Below, piece after piece: positions 18,903 through 29,161 of a stretch of DNA of 64,000 nt. The stretch's first letter is position 1, and every line of letters starts with the position of its first letter. Origin of the DNA: Fibrobacteria bacterium (GTDB taxonomy: Bacteria > Fibrobacterota > Fibrobacteria > UBA11236); contig JAYTHY010000074.1 in NCBI GenBank assembly GCA_043732185.1, positions 64,001 through 128,000 of the forward strand. Direction: 5' to 3'. Position numbers and translations under genes: made by a program. The notes beneath the pieces are model-generated. The model had not been told where the DNA came from, made no database searches, and worked only from the letters and a program-made list of their open reading frames with translations.

Positions 18903-20624
18903 ATGCAGCGTTTGGCCAAACTAGTGTGTTTTGTGATCGTGCTCCTGGTTGTCTTCCCTCCCCATCTTTTGAAAGCCCAGTCCTGGACCTACCCTGGGTG
19001 CCCGGCCCCAATCACGGATGCGGATTTCCAATATACCGTCCTCATGCAGCATGGTAAGTCACCGGATCCTAGTCTTGCGGAGCCGGACAAAATGGATTTC
19101 GACATGGATGCGCAAGGAAATGTGGATATTTATTTTACGGAAATCCGGCCAGGAAATATCAAACGGTATTCTGCAGTCACAAAAACTGTTAAAACCTTGA
19201 TCAAACTACCTAATTGGGGTGGCAGCTCAACTGATTATTTGACTGTAAAGAATTCCAACCATGTCGAAGAAGGTGTGACTGGGATTGCCTTGGATCCCAA
19301 TTTTAAAATCAACCATTGGCTCTATGTGCATTGGTCCCCGTTGCCAGCCACTGCGCCCACCTTTAGGGTATCCCGGTTCACGGTAGTGGGCGATACCATA
19401 TTGATGAATAGTGAAAAGGTTTTGCTGTCCATTGACGCGCAGCGGGATGAATGTTGCCACACGGGCGGCTCCATGGCATTTGACGATTATGGAGATCTCT
19501 GGATAGCGCAAGGAGCCAATGGTGGCCGCGGATCCAATAGCCCTACTGGCACGCCTCCGGTGGGAATGGATGAAGTCCATAGATACGCGAGCGAAGAGTG
19601 GGGCGCAAGCAGCACCCATGGCATGCGGGGAGGCTTTTTGCGTATTCATCCAGATAATTCCGTGAAAGGCTATTCCATTCCCGCTGGAAACTTTGGGGAA
19701 TACTTTGCCAAGCAAACGGGCAACCAGGACTATTTGGACACGAGTAAAGTTTTGCCTGAAATTTATATCAAAGGGACGCGGAACAATTATAGCATGGCTC
19801 TGGACCCGGTGCGCCGGTGGGTGGCTTGGGGCGACGTTGGGCCCGATGTCATGCCTACAGCTGTTCGTGAAGAAGTGAACTTACGCAAAACTCCCGGGTT
19901 CGAAGGTTGGCCTTACTTTGTAGGCAACAACACCGTATTTTCTGGAAATAAAAATCCTTCCGCTCCAACCAATACCTCCAAATGGAATACTGGCCTAACT
20001 ACTCTTCCACCCGCGCGATCCGCGACCCGACTCCCAAACATTGGCCCTAACCCAATCTCTGGCCCCATTTACCGTTATGATGGAGACTCCAAATCAAAAG
20101 TAAAACTACCGCCCCACTTTACTCGAAAATGGTTTATCTGCGATTGGGCGACACGGGCCTTTCAAGTTCTGACGTTGGATTCGGCTGGAAACACGGTGAC
20201 GGCATCCCAACCCATTTTCACAAACTTTGATTTTTCTGGGCCAGTCGATTTTAGGGCTGGTCCGGATGGGGCCCTGTATGTTTCCGATTATGGTGGGACA
20301 TTGTTTGGCGTTGCCGATAATACCCAGATTGTGAAAATATCCTATGCGGGCACGTGCAGGCCCAATGAACCTAAATTGGAAAAAATAGAGGCATCTGGAA
20401 TTGGCGACCCGAATTCCGAAGCAGCGACCGACCGCCTTGGCTATCTGATCAATCTTCGCTCCGGACAATTCATTTCCGTTCCCGCAGGCATGGTCGGTTT
20501 TGAGCTTTATAATATGGCTGGAAAAAAGATTTGGGAGTCGGGTTCTTTAAAAGCAAAGGTATCCTTCCAGTTACCCACCCAGCTAGCTTATGGTGCGCTT
20601 AAATACAGGTGGAAAAGAAGTTAA
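18903..20624 (+). CDS. Secreted PQQ-dependent sugar dehydrogenase (GSDH beta-propeller) with T9SS-like tail
   Basis: GGAGGT RBS; EEGVTGIALDPNF, CCHTGG, LPEIYIKGTRN, GPDGALYVSDYG; tail ELYNMAGKKIW. Confidence 0.85.
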   Translation: MQRLAKLVCFVIVLLVVFPPHLLKAQSWTYPGCPAPITDADFQYTVLMQHGKSPDPSLAEPDKMDFDMDAQGNVDIYFTEIRPGNIKRYSAVTKTVKTLIKLPNWGGSSTDYLTVKNSNHVEEGVTGIALDPNFKINHWLYVHWSPLPATAPTFRVSRFTVVGDTILMNSEKVLLSIDAQRDECCHTGGSMAFDDYGDLWIAQGANGGRGSNSPTGTPPVGMDEVHRYASEEWGASSTHGMRGGFLRIHPDNSVKGYSIPAGNFGEYFAKQTGNQDYLDTSKVLPEIYIKGTRNNYSMALDPVRRWVAWGDVGPDVMPTAVREEVNLRKTPGFEGWPYFVGNNTVFSGNKNPSAPTNTSKWNTGLTTLPPARSATRLPNIGPNPISGPIYRYDGDSKSKVKLPPHFTRKWFICDWATRAFQVLTLDSAGNTVTASQPIFTNFDFSGPVDFRAGPDGALYVSDYGGTLFGVADNTQIVKISYAGTCRPNEPKLEKIEASGIGDPNSEAATDRLGYLINLRSGQFISVPAGMVGFELYNMAGKKIWESGSLKAKVSFQLPTQLAYGALKYRWKRS

Positions 20625-21202
20625 CCATGTACCGCACTGCTGGTACCATAATTTGGAATGATACTGTCCTCAAATTTGAGCCATTCCTTCCAGCGGTTTT
20701 CCACTCCAATGGACGATTCGAATTTTCTGGCATGTTTTAGGAAAATGGTGAAATGGTTGGCTTCGGAAACCATCAGTTCCCGATAAAATTTTACCAGTTC
20801 CGGATCTTTCAAATGTTCCGACAAGACCCGGAATCGTTCGCAGCTTCTGGCTTCGATCATAGCGGCAAACAGCAATCGATCCACAAGGGCCGATAAACGA
20901 CTTCCGTCCTTTTTCATAAATCTAAGGAGAGCGTTCACATATTCATCTTTCCGTTCACGACCGAGTTTCACACCTCTCGCCTTTAACATGTCATGCACCA
21001 ATTGGAAATGGGACATCTCCTCTTGAGCGATGATTGAAAGCTCCGCCACCAATTCGGTGCGTTCTGGGTTTTGGGTAATAATGCTGATGGCGTTAGTCGC
21101 CGCTTTCAGTTCGCACCAGGCGTGATCGATTAAAACATCCGCAATGCTGCCTTCAACCAAGACGGCCCAGCTGGGATCGGTTCTGAGTTTTAATCCCAAC
21201 AT
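20621..21202 (-). CDS. miaE: tRNA-(ms[2]io[6]A) hydroxylase
   Basis: DHAWCELKAA, EEMSHF, IEARSCERF and SEANH di-iron motifs. Confidence 0.93.
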   Translation of the reverse strand: MLGLKLRTDPSWAVLVEGSIADVLIDHAWCELKAATNAISIITQNPERTELVAELSIIAQEEMSHFQLVHDMLKARGVKLGRERKDEYVNALLRFMKKDGSRLSALVDRLLFAAMIEARSCERFRVLSEHLKDPELVKFYRELMVSEANHFTIFLKHARKFESSIGVENRWKEWLKFEDSIIPNYGTSSAVHG

Positions 21203-21206
21203 ACTG

Positions 21207-22538
21207 TCATGCCAAAAACTCGCGCACTTCCGGATCCAACCACAAATCCCTTTCGCTTAAGGGTTTCCGCAACGTAATGCCTTCCAACGTGGTGCAGCGG
21301 CTTAAAGCCACATAGGATTGGCCATGCGCAAAAGCCCCTGAACCCAGGTCAATGATGATCCGGTCAAACGTCTTTCCCTGACTTTTGTGTATAGTCATGG
21401 CCCAGGCAAGCTTAAGCGGAAATTGTTTAAACCATCCCACCGTTTTAGGTGTCGGCCGACCGGTTACCGGATCAAGTGCATAGCGCACGCTTTCCCAACT
21501 CACCTTTTCAACACGCACGGAACCCAATGCACCGGGTACGGGCAAGCGGCCGGGGATATCCACCCAAATCGATTCCGCTTCCATCGCCACCACCACTCCG
21601 AGTGTTCCATTGACCCAATGGCCTTGGGCATGGTTTTTCAAGAACATCACTTGTGCGCCCGCTTTAAGGCTTAGCTGCGCATCGGTAGGAAAAGCGCGGT
21701 TGTCGAACTCGCCTTCCACCTGGGCCTGATAATAAGCCAGAGGCGACGTCAAGGTGGCCAACCTTTGCGCGTTTACGCGATCAGCGGTGAGATTTGTGGC
21801 GGTCAATGTGATGCAGGGATCGGCCAAATCGGGCTGGAAGGCGCTATCCAAACGGACGTTTAGGGCTTCGAGATCTTCGGCTTCCGCTTCACCACCGCGC
21901 ACCGCATTGAGAAGGGACAGGAAGTTTTTCTCCTTCTGTCGATACACTTTTTTCAGTTCTACCCTGTCGAAGGGTAACTGGGAGAATACCTGGGCTTTGA
22001 AGAACCAGGGGCTCTCGTACAATGAGCGGAAGGCTTCGGATTCATGCGGGGAAACAACCGGGGGAAGCTGATGCAGATCTCCGAAGAATACCATCTGTAC
22101 ACCCCCAAAGGGCAGGCCGGGCTCAGGTCCATGGCTGCGCAGGAATATATCCATGGCATCGATAATATCCGCTCGTACCATGGACACTTCATCGATTATA
22201 AGCGTGCTTAATTTCCGATACATGGCGCCGCCGCCTTGTTTTGCCACCGCTTCTGGAAACAACACCTGGGGTGGAAATCGAAAAAAGGAATGGATGGTTT
22301 GTCCACCCACGTGCACGGCAGCCACGCCAGTTGGCGCTAAAACCACGGCCTTGGAAATGACCCGCTGCTTTAAATGTTGCAGCAATGTGGATTTCCCCGT
22401 ACCGGCTTTGCCGGTTACAAATACGCAGCGACGGCCTTCCTGGATGCATGCCTGCACGTCCTGGAAACCATTATTCCATTCCAGCGCGTCCTGAAAGGAA
22501 TCCAATGTATTTGGAAAATTATTATCCCGCAAGGGCAT
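21207..22538 (-). CDS. PIF1-family (SF1B) DNA helicase
   Basis: TGKAGTGKS, APTGVAA, IIDEVSM, GDLHQLPPV, QFPLKLAWAMTIHKSQG, YVALSR. Start codon uncertain. Confidence 0.92.
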   Translation of the reverse strand: MPLRDNNFPNTLDSFQDALEWNNGFQDVQACIQEGRRCVFVTGKAGTGKSTLLQHLKQRVISKAVVLAPTGVAAVHVGGQTIHSFFRFPPQVLFPEAVAKQGGGAMYRKLSTLIIDEVSMVRADIIDAMDIFLRSHGPEPGLPFGGVQMVFFGDLHQLPPVVSPHESEAFRSLYESPWFFKAQVFSQLPFDRVELKKVYRQKEKNFLSLLNAVRGGEAEAEDLEALNVRLDSAFQPDLADPCITLTATNLTADRVNAQRLATLTSPLAYYQAQVEGEFDNRAFPTDAQLSLKAGAQVMFLKNHAQGHWVNGTLGVVVAMEAESIWVDIPGRLPVPGALGSVRVEKVSWESVRYALDPVTGRPTPKTVGWFKQFPLKLAWAMTIHKSQGKTFDRIIIDLGSGAFAHGQSYVALSRCTTLEGITLRKPLSERDLWLDPEVREFLA

Positions 22539-22977
22539 GAGGCGCCGGAGAGGACGCCGGACCAGCCTTGACTTTTCGACGTAAACGCCCTGTAGTACCC
22601 GGCTCACTTTCAATTTTGGAACGGACCTCGCCCACTTCCTGAATCAGATCCAAGTCAAGCAATGGCTCTGGGGAGACGATATGACCCCAGGTCTCATTGA
22701 CAAAGCGGCGGATTTCCAAAGTCAACGCATCGGTCGCCTGCATATTGATTTCGTTGGCACGCAAAAGGCTTTTTGCCTTCACGTAATAGTACAGATAATC
22801 GCCCGTGGTTTGTCGTTCCAGAAAAATACTTTCCGCGACAATCCCTTCGCAGCGCATCGCATCCAGACTTTTTTCCTCACGCTGCCTTAAAGATCGAACG
22901 AACTCAACCACCTGTTCTGTTTTTCCCGGACGAATTTTGATTTTTAACAGTTGGGTTTCAAACATCTGAGTATCCAT
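22522..22977 (-). CDS. DUF6176-like small protein
   Basis: KIKIRPGK...EG...ESIFLE....DYLYYY pattern. Confidence 0.6.
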   Translation of the reverse strand: MDTQMFETQLLKIKIRPGKTEQVVEFVRSLRQREEKSLDAMRCEGIVAESIFLERQTTGDYLYYYVKAKSLLRANEINMQATDALTLEIRRFVNETWGHIVSPEPLLDLDLIQEVGEVRSKIESEPGTTGRLRRKVKAGPASSPAPHALAG

Positions 22978-23102
22978 GTTATCTTAAATTTTAATCTAGT
23001 CTGGAAAAGTCCATTTTGCCGAGCATCAGCAAAAAACCTAGACGCAAATATAAATGAAGGACGACGGGTTGTGAACCCCGCATCCCTAGGCCGATTATAC
23101 CA

Positions 23103-23777
23103 CTAGATCTTGGCCTTGCGCTTCCTTAAAATCCAAGTGGTCATGCACCTGAGGTTCTGGACATTCACGGACCTTAAGGGCTCCACCATCTCGCCACCCA
23201 GTCTCTGTGTGGCCAACAGCAATTTCGCCTCAGTCGCCAGGAACCATTCCCCACCCGTTGGCATCCGATACTTCCCATTTTCCAGCCGCTGTAACCGGTC
23301 TTCTATCCCTATGGAAGACGCCATGCGAATAAATAGCATTCCACCCGGCTCAGTCACCCGCCAAAGCCCGTCCAGCATGGCTTGGAAGTGTGTCTCGTCC
23401 TCGGCGAAATGCAGGACGGCATTGCAAATCACCAGGCCAAAATGCCCGTCAGGATAGGTCATAGCCTCAATTTTCTCAACCCGGAATTTCTCCGGCCGGA
23501 ATTTGTCCGCCCGGAACTTGTCCGCTTGGACTTGGAATTGAGGCAGAGGTACAAGTTCTGTGGCCATCTCCCTGACATGGTTGAGCGCGTCCTCATCCGC
23601 ATCGGCGGCGTGTACATCAAACCCGGCCCGGAAAAAATAGGTGAGATTGCGCCCTGTCCCGGACCCGGCGTCCAAGATACGCATCGGTGGGGCTAGACGG
23701 CCTTTTAAAAGCTGATCAAATAGATAAAGATCTATGCCTCCAAACCAAGCGCGGAGGTCCAGAATTTTAGAATCCAT
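23103..23777 (-). CDS. Class I SAM-dependent methyltransferase
   Basis: GIDLYLFDQLLKGR, ILDAGSGTGRN, ICNAVLHFA. Confidence 0.9.
   Translation of the reverse strand: MDSKILDLRAWFGGIDLYLFDQLLKGRLAPPMRILDAGSGTGRNLTYFFRAGFDVHAADADEDALNHVREMATELVPLPQFQVQADKFRADKFRPEKFRVEKIEAMTYPDGHFGLVICNAVLHFAEDETHFQAMLDGLWRVTEPGGMLFIRMASSIGIEDRLQRLENGKYRMPTGGEWFLATEAKLLLATQRLGGEMVEPLRSVNVQNLRCMTTWILRKRKAKI
23481..23525. repeat. 15-bp degenerate tandem repeat x3 inside the methyltransferase
   Basis: CCGGAATTTCTCCGG CCGGAATTTGTCCGC CCGGAACTTGTCCGC, encoding ADKFR ADKFR PEKFR on the minus strand. Confidence 0.85.
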
Positions 23778-23800
23778 CTTTATATCGTCTCCCGAGTAGC

Positions 23801-25543
23801 TTAAACCACCACTACTGGCCAATGTGCGGTTAAAGTTTTGCGTAATGTCTCTAATTTTACCGGCTTGGTCAGGTATTCGTCCATCCCGGCATCTAAACAT
23901 CGCTGACGATCTTCTTCCATGGCATGCGCGGTAAGGGCAATAATTGGAATCCTGATGCTATGCATACTAGCCTTTTCCAAAGACCGAATGATACGCGTGG
24001 CTTCATTTCCAACTTTAGCGACATCGGACTTAACCTTTAGCCTATCCAGCATGGCCATAGCAACAATTCGATTGGTGATATTGTCTTCGACCAGAAGCAC
24101 ATGCTTAATCTTAATTTCCTGATCCACGGAATGGATCGGTAAGGCACGCGTTGCCCTATCGGACACATGCACTTCGCGTAAAGGGATTTGTAACCAGAAA
24201 CACGATCCTTTTCCAATTTCACTTTCTACCGCTATGCTGCCGCCCAGCAGCTCAACTAATCGATGGCATATTGCCAGCCCTAATCCCGTTCCGCCATATT
24301 TTCTAGAAAAAGATGAGTCTGCCTGGGTATACGGTTTGAATAAATTGGCCAAGGTCGTTTTGGACATGCCTATTCCCGAATCTAGTACCGCAAACTTTAC
24401 GTAACCGGGGCATTCCAACACTGTAGTAATATTCATGGCAATCGTTCCAGTTTCGGTAAACTTTATTGCGTTTCCCAATAGATTGATTAAAATCTGCCGG
24501 ATGCGTTGTGAATCTCCAGAGACCCGCGCAGGCAGGCTTGCTTGAAAATGCAATTGGATATCAATTCCTTTGCTTTTGGCCGTATCAGAGAATAAGGCGA
24601 GACAGTCTTCGCACAAAACCGCCAAATCAAAATTATCGTTATGAACTTCCAATTTTCCGGATTCGATTTTAGAAAAATCCAAAATATCATTTAGGATTGA
24701 AAGCAAACCCTCAGCCGACAATTGTAATGTTTGCAAATATTTTTTCTGTAAAGGATTCAGATCAGTCTCATTAATAAGCTGTGCAAGACCCATTATGCCA
24801 TTCATGGGTGTACGTATTTCATGACTGACGATGGCGATAAATTCTCCCCTAGAACGGGTTGCAGCCTCAGCAATTTCTTTGGCCTTGTTTAATTCTTGAG
24901 CCTGGGCCCCTAAACTCTTTGATTTAAGATTAAGGCTTTCGATGGCACGATGATAAGCTTGGAAAAAGCCATTAAGCATCGCGACGGTTGCGAAAAGTGA
25001 AGCAGGTATGGCTATCAACCACGTTATGGGTTTTGTAGCTGGATTTTGAAAATCTGGAATTGCAACGCCATGACGGGGAAGCCAATATAAAAGCAATGCA
25101 TCCAATGTCACGATTGCAATCCAAATAAAGGCTAAGCGAAGTCCTTGAGTCACCAAGATAAAAATGATTACTGGACCGTACCAAATTCCTGAACTGGCTT
25201 GCAATCCTCCGCTAAAAGCTCCGAGACAAACCGTTAAGAAAGTCGCCAATACAATCAGCCATAACGAAACCATTTTCAACGAACCGAACAGGCGATGGAT
25301 CAGGGGAGATAGGCCCACCAAAAACGCCGCACTAACAATGGCTATTCCCATTCCCCTATCGCCACGCAAATACCTTGATGTACCGACTAGACAGGCAGCA
25401 AGAAAAGCCACCAGCATAAAGACGTAGACGATCCTTTTTTGGCGTAAATCATCTTCCTTTTCCGGAAGATGGGATTTAGGGGCAAGCCTATCAACAATTC
25501 GGAATAGCAAAGCCAATTGAGCCATGGCAAATTGTTTCATCAA
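23801..25543 (-). CDS. Membrane-bound hybrid histidine kinase with an internally deleted receiver domain
   Basis: SHEIRTPMNG, NLLGNAIKFT and GGTGLGL boxes. The receiver has LLVEDN and KPV but lacks the MD..MP..DG segment. Confidence 0.9.
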   Translation of the reverse strand: MMKQFAMAQLALLFRIVDRLAPKSHLPEKEDDLRQKRIVYVFMLVAFLAACLVGTSRYLRGDRGMGIAIVSAAFLVGLSPLIHRLFGSLKMVSLWLIVLATFLTVCLGAFSGGLQASSGIWYGPVIIFILVTQGLRLAFIWIAIVTLDALLLYWLPRHGVAIPDFQNPATKPITWLIAIPASLFATVAMLNGFFQAYHRAIESLNLKSKSLGAQAQELNKAKEIAEAATRSRGEFIAIVSHEIRTPMNGIMGLAQLINETDLNPLQKKYLQTLQLSAEGLLSILNDILDFSKIESGKLEVHNDNFDLAVLCEDCLALFSDTAKSKGIDIQLHFQASLPARVSGDSQRIRQILINLLGNAIKFTETGTIAMNITTVLECPGYVKFAVLDSGIGMSKTTLANLFKPYTQADSSFSRKYGGTGLGLAICHRLVELLGGSIAVESEIGKGSCFWLQIPLREVHVSDRATRALPIHSVDQEIKIKHVLLVEDNITNRIVAMAMLDRLKVKSDVAKVGNEATRIIRSLEKASMHSIRIPIIALTAHAMEEDRQRCLDAGMDEYLTKPVKLETLRKTLTAHWPVVVV

Positions 25544-25570
25544 ACCGTTTATAATTCAATGCAAGATTGG

Positions 25571-27415
25571 CTAAGCCGCTTTTTCAAAAGCCTTTTTTAG
25601 CGCAAAGCTTAGGCTTGATTTATCATGCACCCAAGCGGCTAAAGCTTCTCCTAATGATGACGACTTAACGGGTTTGGTCAAATATGCATCCATTCCTGCA
25701 GCCAGGCAGCGAATCCTATCTTCCTCCATAGCATGTGCGGTAAGTGCAACTATCGGTATTCGCAATCCGGTTTTCGAAGCATTCTCCTTGGCTCGAATGG
25801 TTTGGGAAGCCAAATAACCATCCATTTCCGGCATCTGGCAATCCATAAAAATCAAATCAAAGCTGCCTTTTTCCCAATGCTCCACCGCCTCAATTCCGTT
25901 GTGGGCGACCTCGATGGAAACATTAAGCTTTTCCAACATTTTTACTACAACCATCAAGTTGACGGCATTGTCCTCCGCCACCAGTACGTGTGCTTTTGGC
26001 AACGCCATGTTTTTCACCTCTGGCACAGGAACCACACTCGATTTTACCGGCAATTTTGTTTCTAATAACGCCAACTCAAAACTAAAACAGGAGCCTTGAC
26101 CTAATTGGCTGTCCACGGAAATCTTTCCGCCCATCAAGGCTATTAAACGATTACAAATAGCCAAGCCCAATCCTGTTCCTCCAAATTTTCGCGATGACGA
26201 TGCATCTGCTTGAGTATAAGGCTGAAACAAAATTTTCAATGTGGCCTCGCTCATCCCAATTCCCTGGTCTTTAACCGTACATTTAACCCAGTCCTTGCGG
26301 CCTTCCAGAGGAAAAACGTTCACCTCAATAACGCCTTTTTCCGTAAACTTGACGGCATTCCCAATCAGGTTAAGTAAAACCTGACGAATGCGAACGGGAT
26401 CTCCAATCACATGATTGGGTAGGCCATTGTGATACTGAAAGTTTATTTTCAGGTTCTTTGTTTCTGAAATGCCCGCAAAAACGGAAAGGCTTTCCTCGCA
26501 CACAGCTTTTAAGGAAAAAGGTTCAGTCAAAACCTCCAATTTTCCCGCTTCAATTTTTGAGAAGTCTAATATATCTCCCAAGATTGAAAGCAGTCCTTCG
26601 GCGGAAATTCGTAATGCATGCATGAATTTCTGCTGTTCTTGAGACAGCACAGTTCCATTCATAAGTTGAGTCACTCCCAGTATTCCATTCATGGGAGTAC
26701 GAATTTCATGACTAACCGTTGCGATAAATTCGCTGCGAGATTTTGAGGCCGCCTCCGCTTCAAATTTGGCCTGGCCCAACTCTTTCGTTTGTATCAGCAA
26801 AGTTTTGGTTTGCCGATCTAAATTTCGAATGGCATGTCTATGGGTTTCAAAAAATCCATGGAGAATGCAGACAACAAGAAAGAGACTGGCGGAAAATGAA
26901 AGGCTCCATGAAATCGCTTTGTCTACCGGGTTTTCATAATCCGGAAACACAACCCCATGAGCAGATAACCACCATACCGTTAACGTTTCCAAACCAATCA
27001 CTCCGGTCAAAATCAATGCCGGCTTGCTTCCCTGAGTTACCATTACAAAAACAATCAAGGCACCGAACCAAACTTGCGATGAAGAATGCATTCCACCGGA
27101 AAGCAGACTGGTAGATAAGAGCATGGCCGTACACACACCGGAAATCCATAATCCGGCTGCGTTTAAAGATCCATAATATTTATGGTAAAGTGGTGTAAGC
27201 CCCATCAAGATGCCACAGATCAAAACTATCCAAGGGAGAACCCTATCGTGTTGTATAAACCCAAGCGTGCAGAAGAGAATATCGTTTACGAAAATCAAAA
27301 GGAATGCACCGTACACTATCCGGGCATTCCGGATATTTTCCTCTGAGCCGTTCCATTCTTTTTTTGGAATAAAGCGGTCCACCAACTTAAATAAAAAGGC
27401 AATAATCGATTCCAT
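25571..27415 (-). CDS. Membrane-bound hybrid histidine kinase/response regulator
   Basis: Multi-TM N-terminus; SHEIRTPMNG, NAVKFT, GGTGLGL; intact receiver AEDN...FMDCQMPEMDG...KPV. Confidence 0.95.
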   Translation of the reverse strand: MESIIAFLFKLVDRFIPKKEWNGSEENIRNARIVYGAFLLIFVNDILFCTLGFIQHDRVLPWIVLICGILMGLTPLYHKYYGSLNAAGLWISGVCTAMLLSTSLLSGGMHSSSQVWFGALIVFVMVTQGSKPALILTGVIGLETLTVWWLSAHGVVFPDYENPVDKAISWSLSFSASLFLVVCILHGFFETHRHAIRNLDRQTKTLLIQTKELGQAKFEAEAASKSRSEFIATVSHEIRTPMNGILGVTQLMNGTVLSQEQQKFMHALRISAEGLLSILGDILDFSKIEAGKLEVLTEPFSLKAVCEESLSVFAGISETKNLKINFQYHNGLPNHVIGDPVRIRQVLLNLIGNAVKFTEKGVIEVNVFPLEGRKDWVKCTVKDQGIGMSEATLKILFQPYTQADASSSRKFGGTGLGLAICNRLIALMGGKISVDSQLGQGSCFSFELALLETKLPVKSSVVPVPEVKNMALPKAHVLVAEDNAVNLMVVVKMLEKLNVSIEVAHNGIEAVEHWEKGSFDLIFMDCQMPEMDGYLASQTIRAKENASKTGLRIPIVALTAHAMEEDRIRCLAAGMDAYLTKPVKSSSLGEALAAWVHDKSSLSFALKKAFEKAA

Positions 27416-27795
27416 CTGAATAGGATTATAGGGGTAGGCTAATCATTGACCCTTAATTATTCGATCTCAAAAACTTCAAATAACTCTGATTTTTAAAGAT
27501 TGCTTAGTGACGACCGACTTGCGTAAACAGGTAAGTTCCCCAGGGTGTAGTCCTTATGTCGAGGCCAACCCAATGTGGGAGAGAACTCCAGTATCGAAGC
27601 CAATCGCTTTGCTACGAGTGACAAGTTATTCAAAACGCTACCGATCGTATTCCGCTCGTTCGTCGCCGCCTTAAAGCACCAGGATAATTTCGCGGCAAGA
27701 ATGCGGTCAACCAGTTTTGTGAGTCCGTTGGCTTCCTTTGTAAATAAAAATATCAGCAAGCCAGGTAATACAAATCGAATTGTTCTTTTGTTAAC

Positions 27796-29046
27796 TCATT
27801 TCCCGTAAATGAACATGCGCCTCCGGATTGATTCCCGGGATCGGAGCATCAATACATATGCTCCTGCTGCCATTCCGGAACCGGTGAAGACGACTTCGTG
27901 CTCTCCTGCAGACAAATTTGCATGGACCAAAGTTGTGATTTTACGTCCACGACTGTCTTCAAAATCTAGATCAACCCTGCCGGGGCGGCCGATTGAGAAT
28001 TTTATTCTTGCGCCCGGCCTAAGCATGCTCGAAAGACCTGATGAGAATCCCAACTCCCGTTTTGACCCGGCTCCCGGGAGGAGTGCTGCTGGCAATTGGG
28101 AAAGTGGGCGGCGCCAAAGTCCACTCATGCTCCCAAGGTAAACATTAGTTCCATGGACCAACACAGTGCGAACATCTAAATTTACCAGGCCTGTATTGAA
28201 TGGCTCCCAACTCACCCCATCATTTCCTGAAAAATAAACCCCATGATCAGTGGCTGCAAAGAGGGTTGCACCATTCACTGTCAACCGATAAATCTCGCTC
28301 GACAGTCCAGAGGAGGCTGAGTTCCAAGTCGTGCCAGAATTAATAGAGAGGTAGACGGCCTGGGCAAACACGACGAAAAGCTTGTTTCCGCTCACGACCA
28401 AGTCATGGACTGAATTGAGGGATAATCTTGCTCCCACGGATTTCCAATCCAAGCCTTTATTTTCTGACAAGAAAATTTCACCTTTCATAGTCCCAATAAA
28501 GATTCGGCTTCCTAAAGTGGCCAAGGCTGACACACTTGTTTTTGGGGGCAAGCCGTTATTTACGGCAGTCCAATTCGCACCGGTTGTATCGGATCGGTAC
28601 ACACCGGTAGGGGTTCCTGCGAAAATATCATTACCGTCCACAAGGATCCCCATTACAGCGGAATCTGGGGTCAAGCCACTACTGATGGACTTCCAATTCG
28701 CCCCTGTGTCTGTGGAAAGAAAAACTCCAGTGCGCGTGCCCGCGAAAATATTGCTCCCACTGACGGTTAAGGCGAGGACGGGCTGTCCCTCCAACCCTTT
28801 ACGTGGATAAATCCAGGTCTTCCCGCTATCACTCGATTGGGCAGCGCCATTGTCTGAGCCAACCAGTAGGTGGCCTCCGATTTTGCTCAGCGTGTGAATG
28901 GAACTGAGCCCGCACCATACCCATTGGGCCTGGATGGTTCCGGTGCTAAAGATTAAGAGTAGTAAGCCCAATCGAAGACTATGGAAAAATGGGTTTTGAA
29001 TTTTGATGTTCATAATGCTTGAAGAGGGTAGGAAAAACAAAGTCAT
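27796..29046 (-). CDS. Secreted BNR/YVTN-like beta-propeller protein with T9SS/FlgD-like C-terminal domain
   Basis: Repeated IFAGT..GVF.S.D.GANW....GL units; tail DSRGRKITTLV...AGEH...AAGAYVLML. Confidence 0.8.
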   Translation of the reverse strand: MTLFFLPSSSIMNIKIQNPFFHSLRLGLLLLIFSTGTIQAQWVWCGLSSIHTLSKIGGHLLVGSDNGAAQSSDSGKTWIYPRKGLEGQPVLALTVSGSNIFAGTRTGVFLSTDTGANWKSISSGLTPDSAVMGILVDGNDIFAGTPTGVYRSDTTGANWTAVNNGLPPKTSVSALATLGSRIFIGTMKGEIFLSENKGLDWKSVGARLSLNSVHDLVVSGNKLFVVFAQAVYLSINSGTTWNSASSGLSSEIYRLTVNGATLFAATDHGVYFSGNDGVSWEPFNTGLVNLDVRTVLVHGTNVYLGSMSGLWRRPLSQLPAALLPGAGSKRELGFSSGLSSMLRPGARIKFSIGRPGRVDLDFEDSRGRKITTLVHANLSAGEHEVVFTGSGMAAGAYVLMLRSRESIRRRMFIYGK

Positions 29047-29161
29047 TTTCCAATATCAAACTCCGGACATTAAGGAATACGCCACCCGCCAAATATCATC
29101 CAAATCAAACTAAATAAGATGGATATGGACAATATATAGCCAATATTGTTAATATTTTGGC

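Noticed and set aside
23020..23090. Cyclic di-GMP (GEMM) riboswitch suggested by GACGCAAA
   Set aside because: Lacks the GGCAAAC/GAAA P1 architecture; only a weak hairpin is present.
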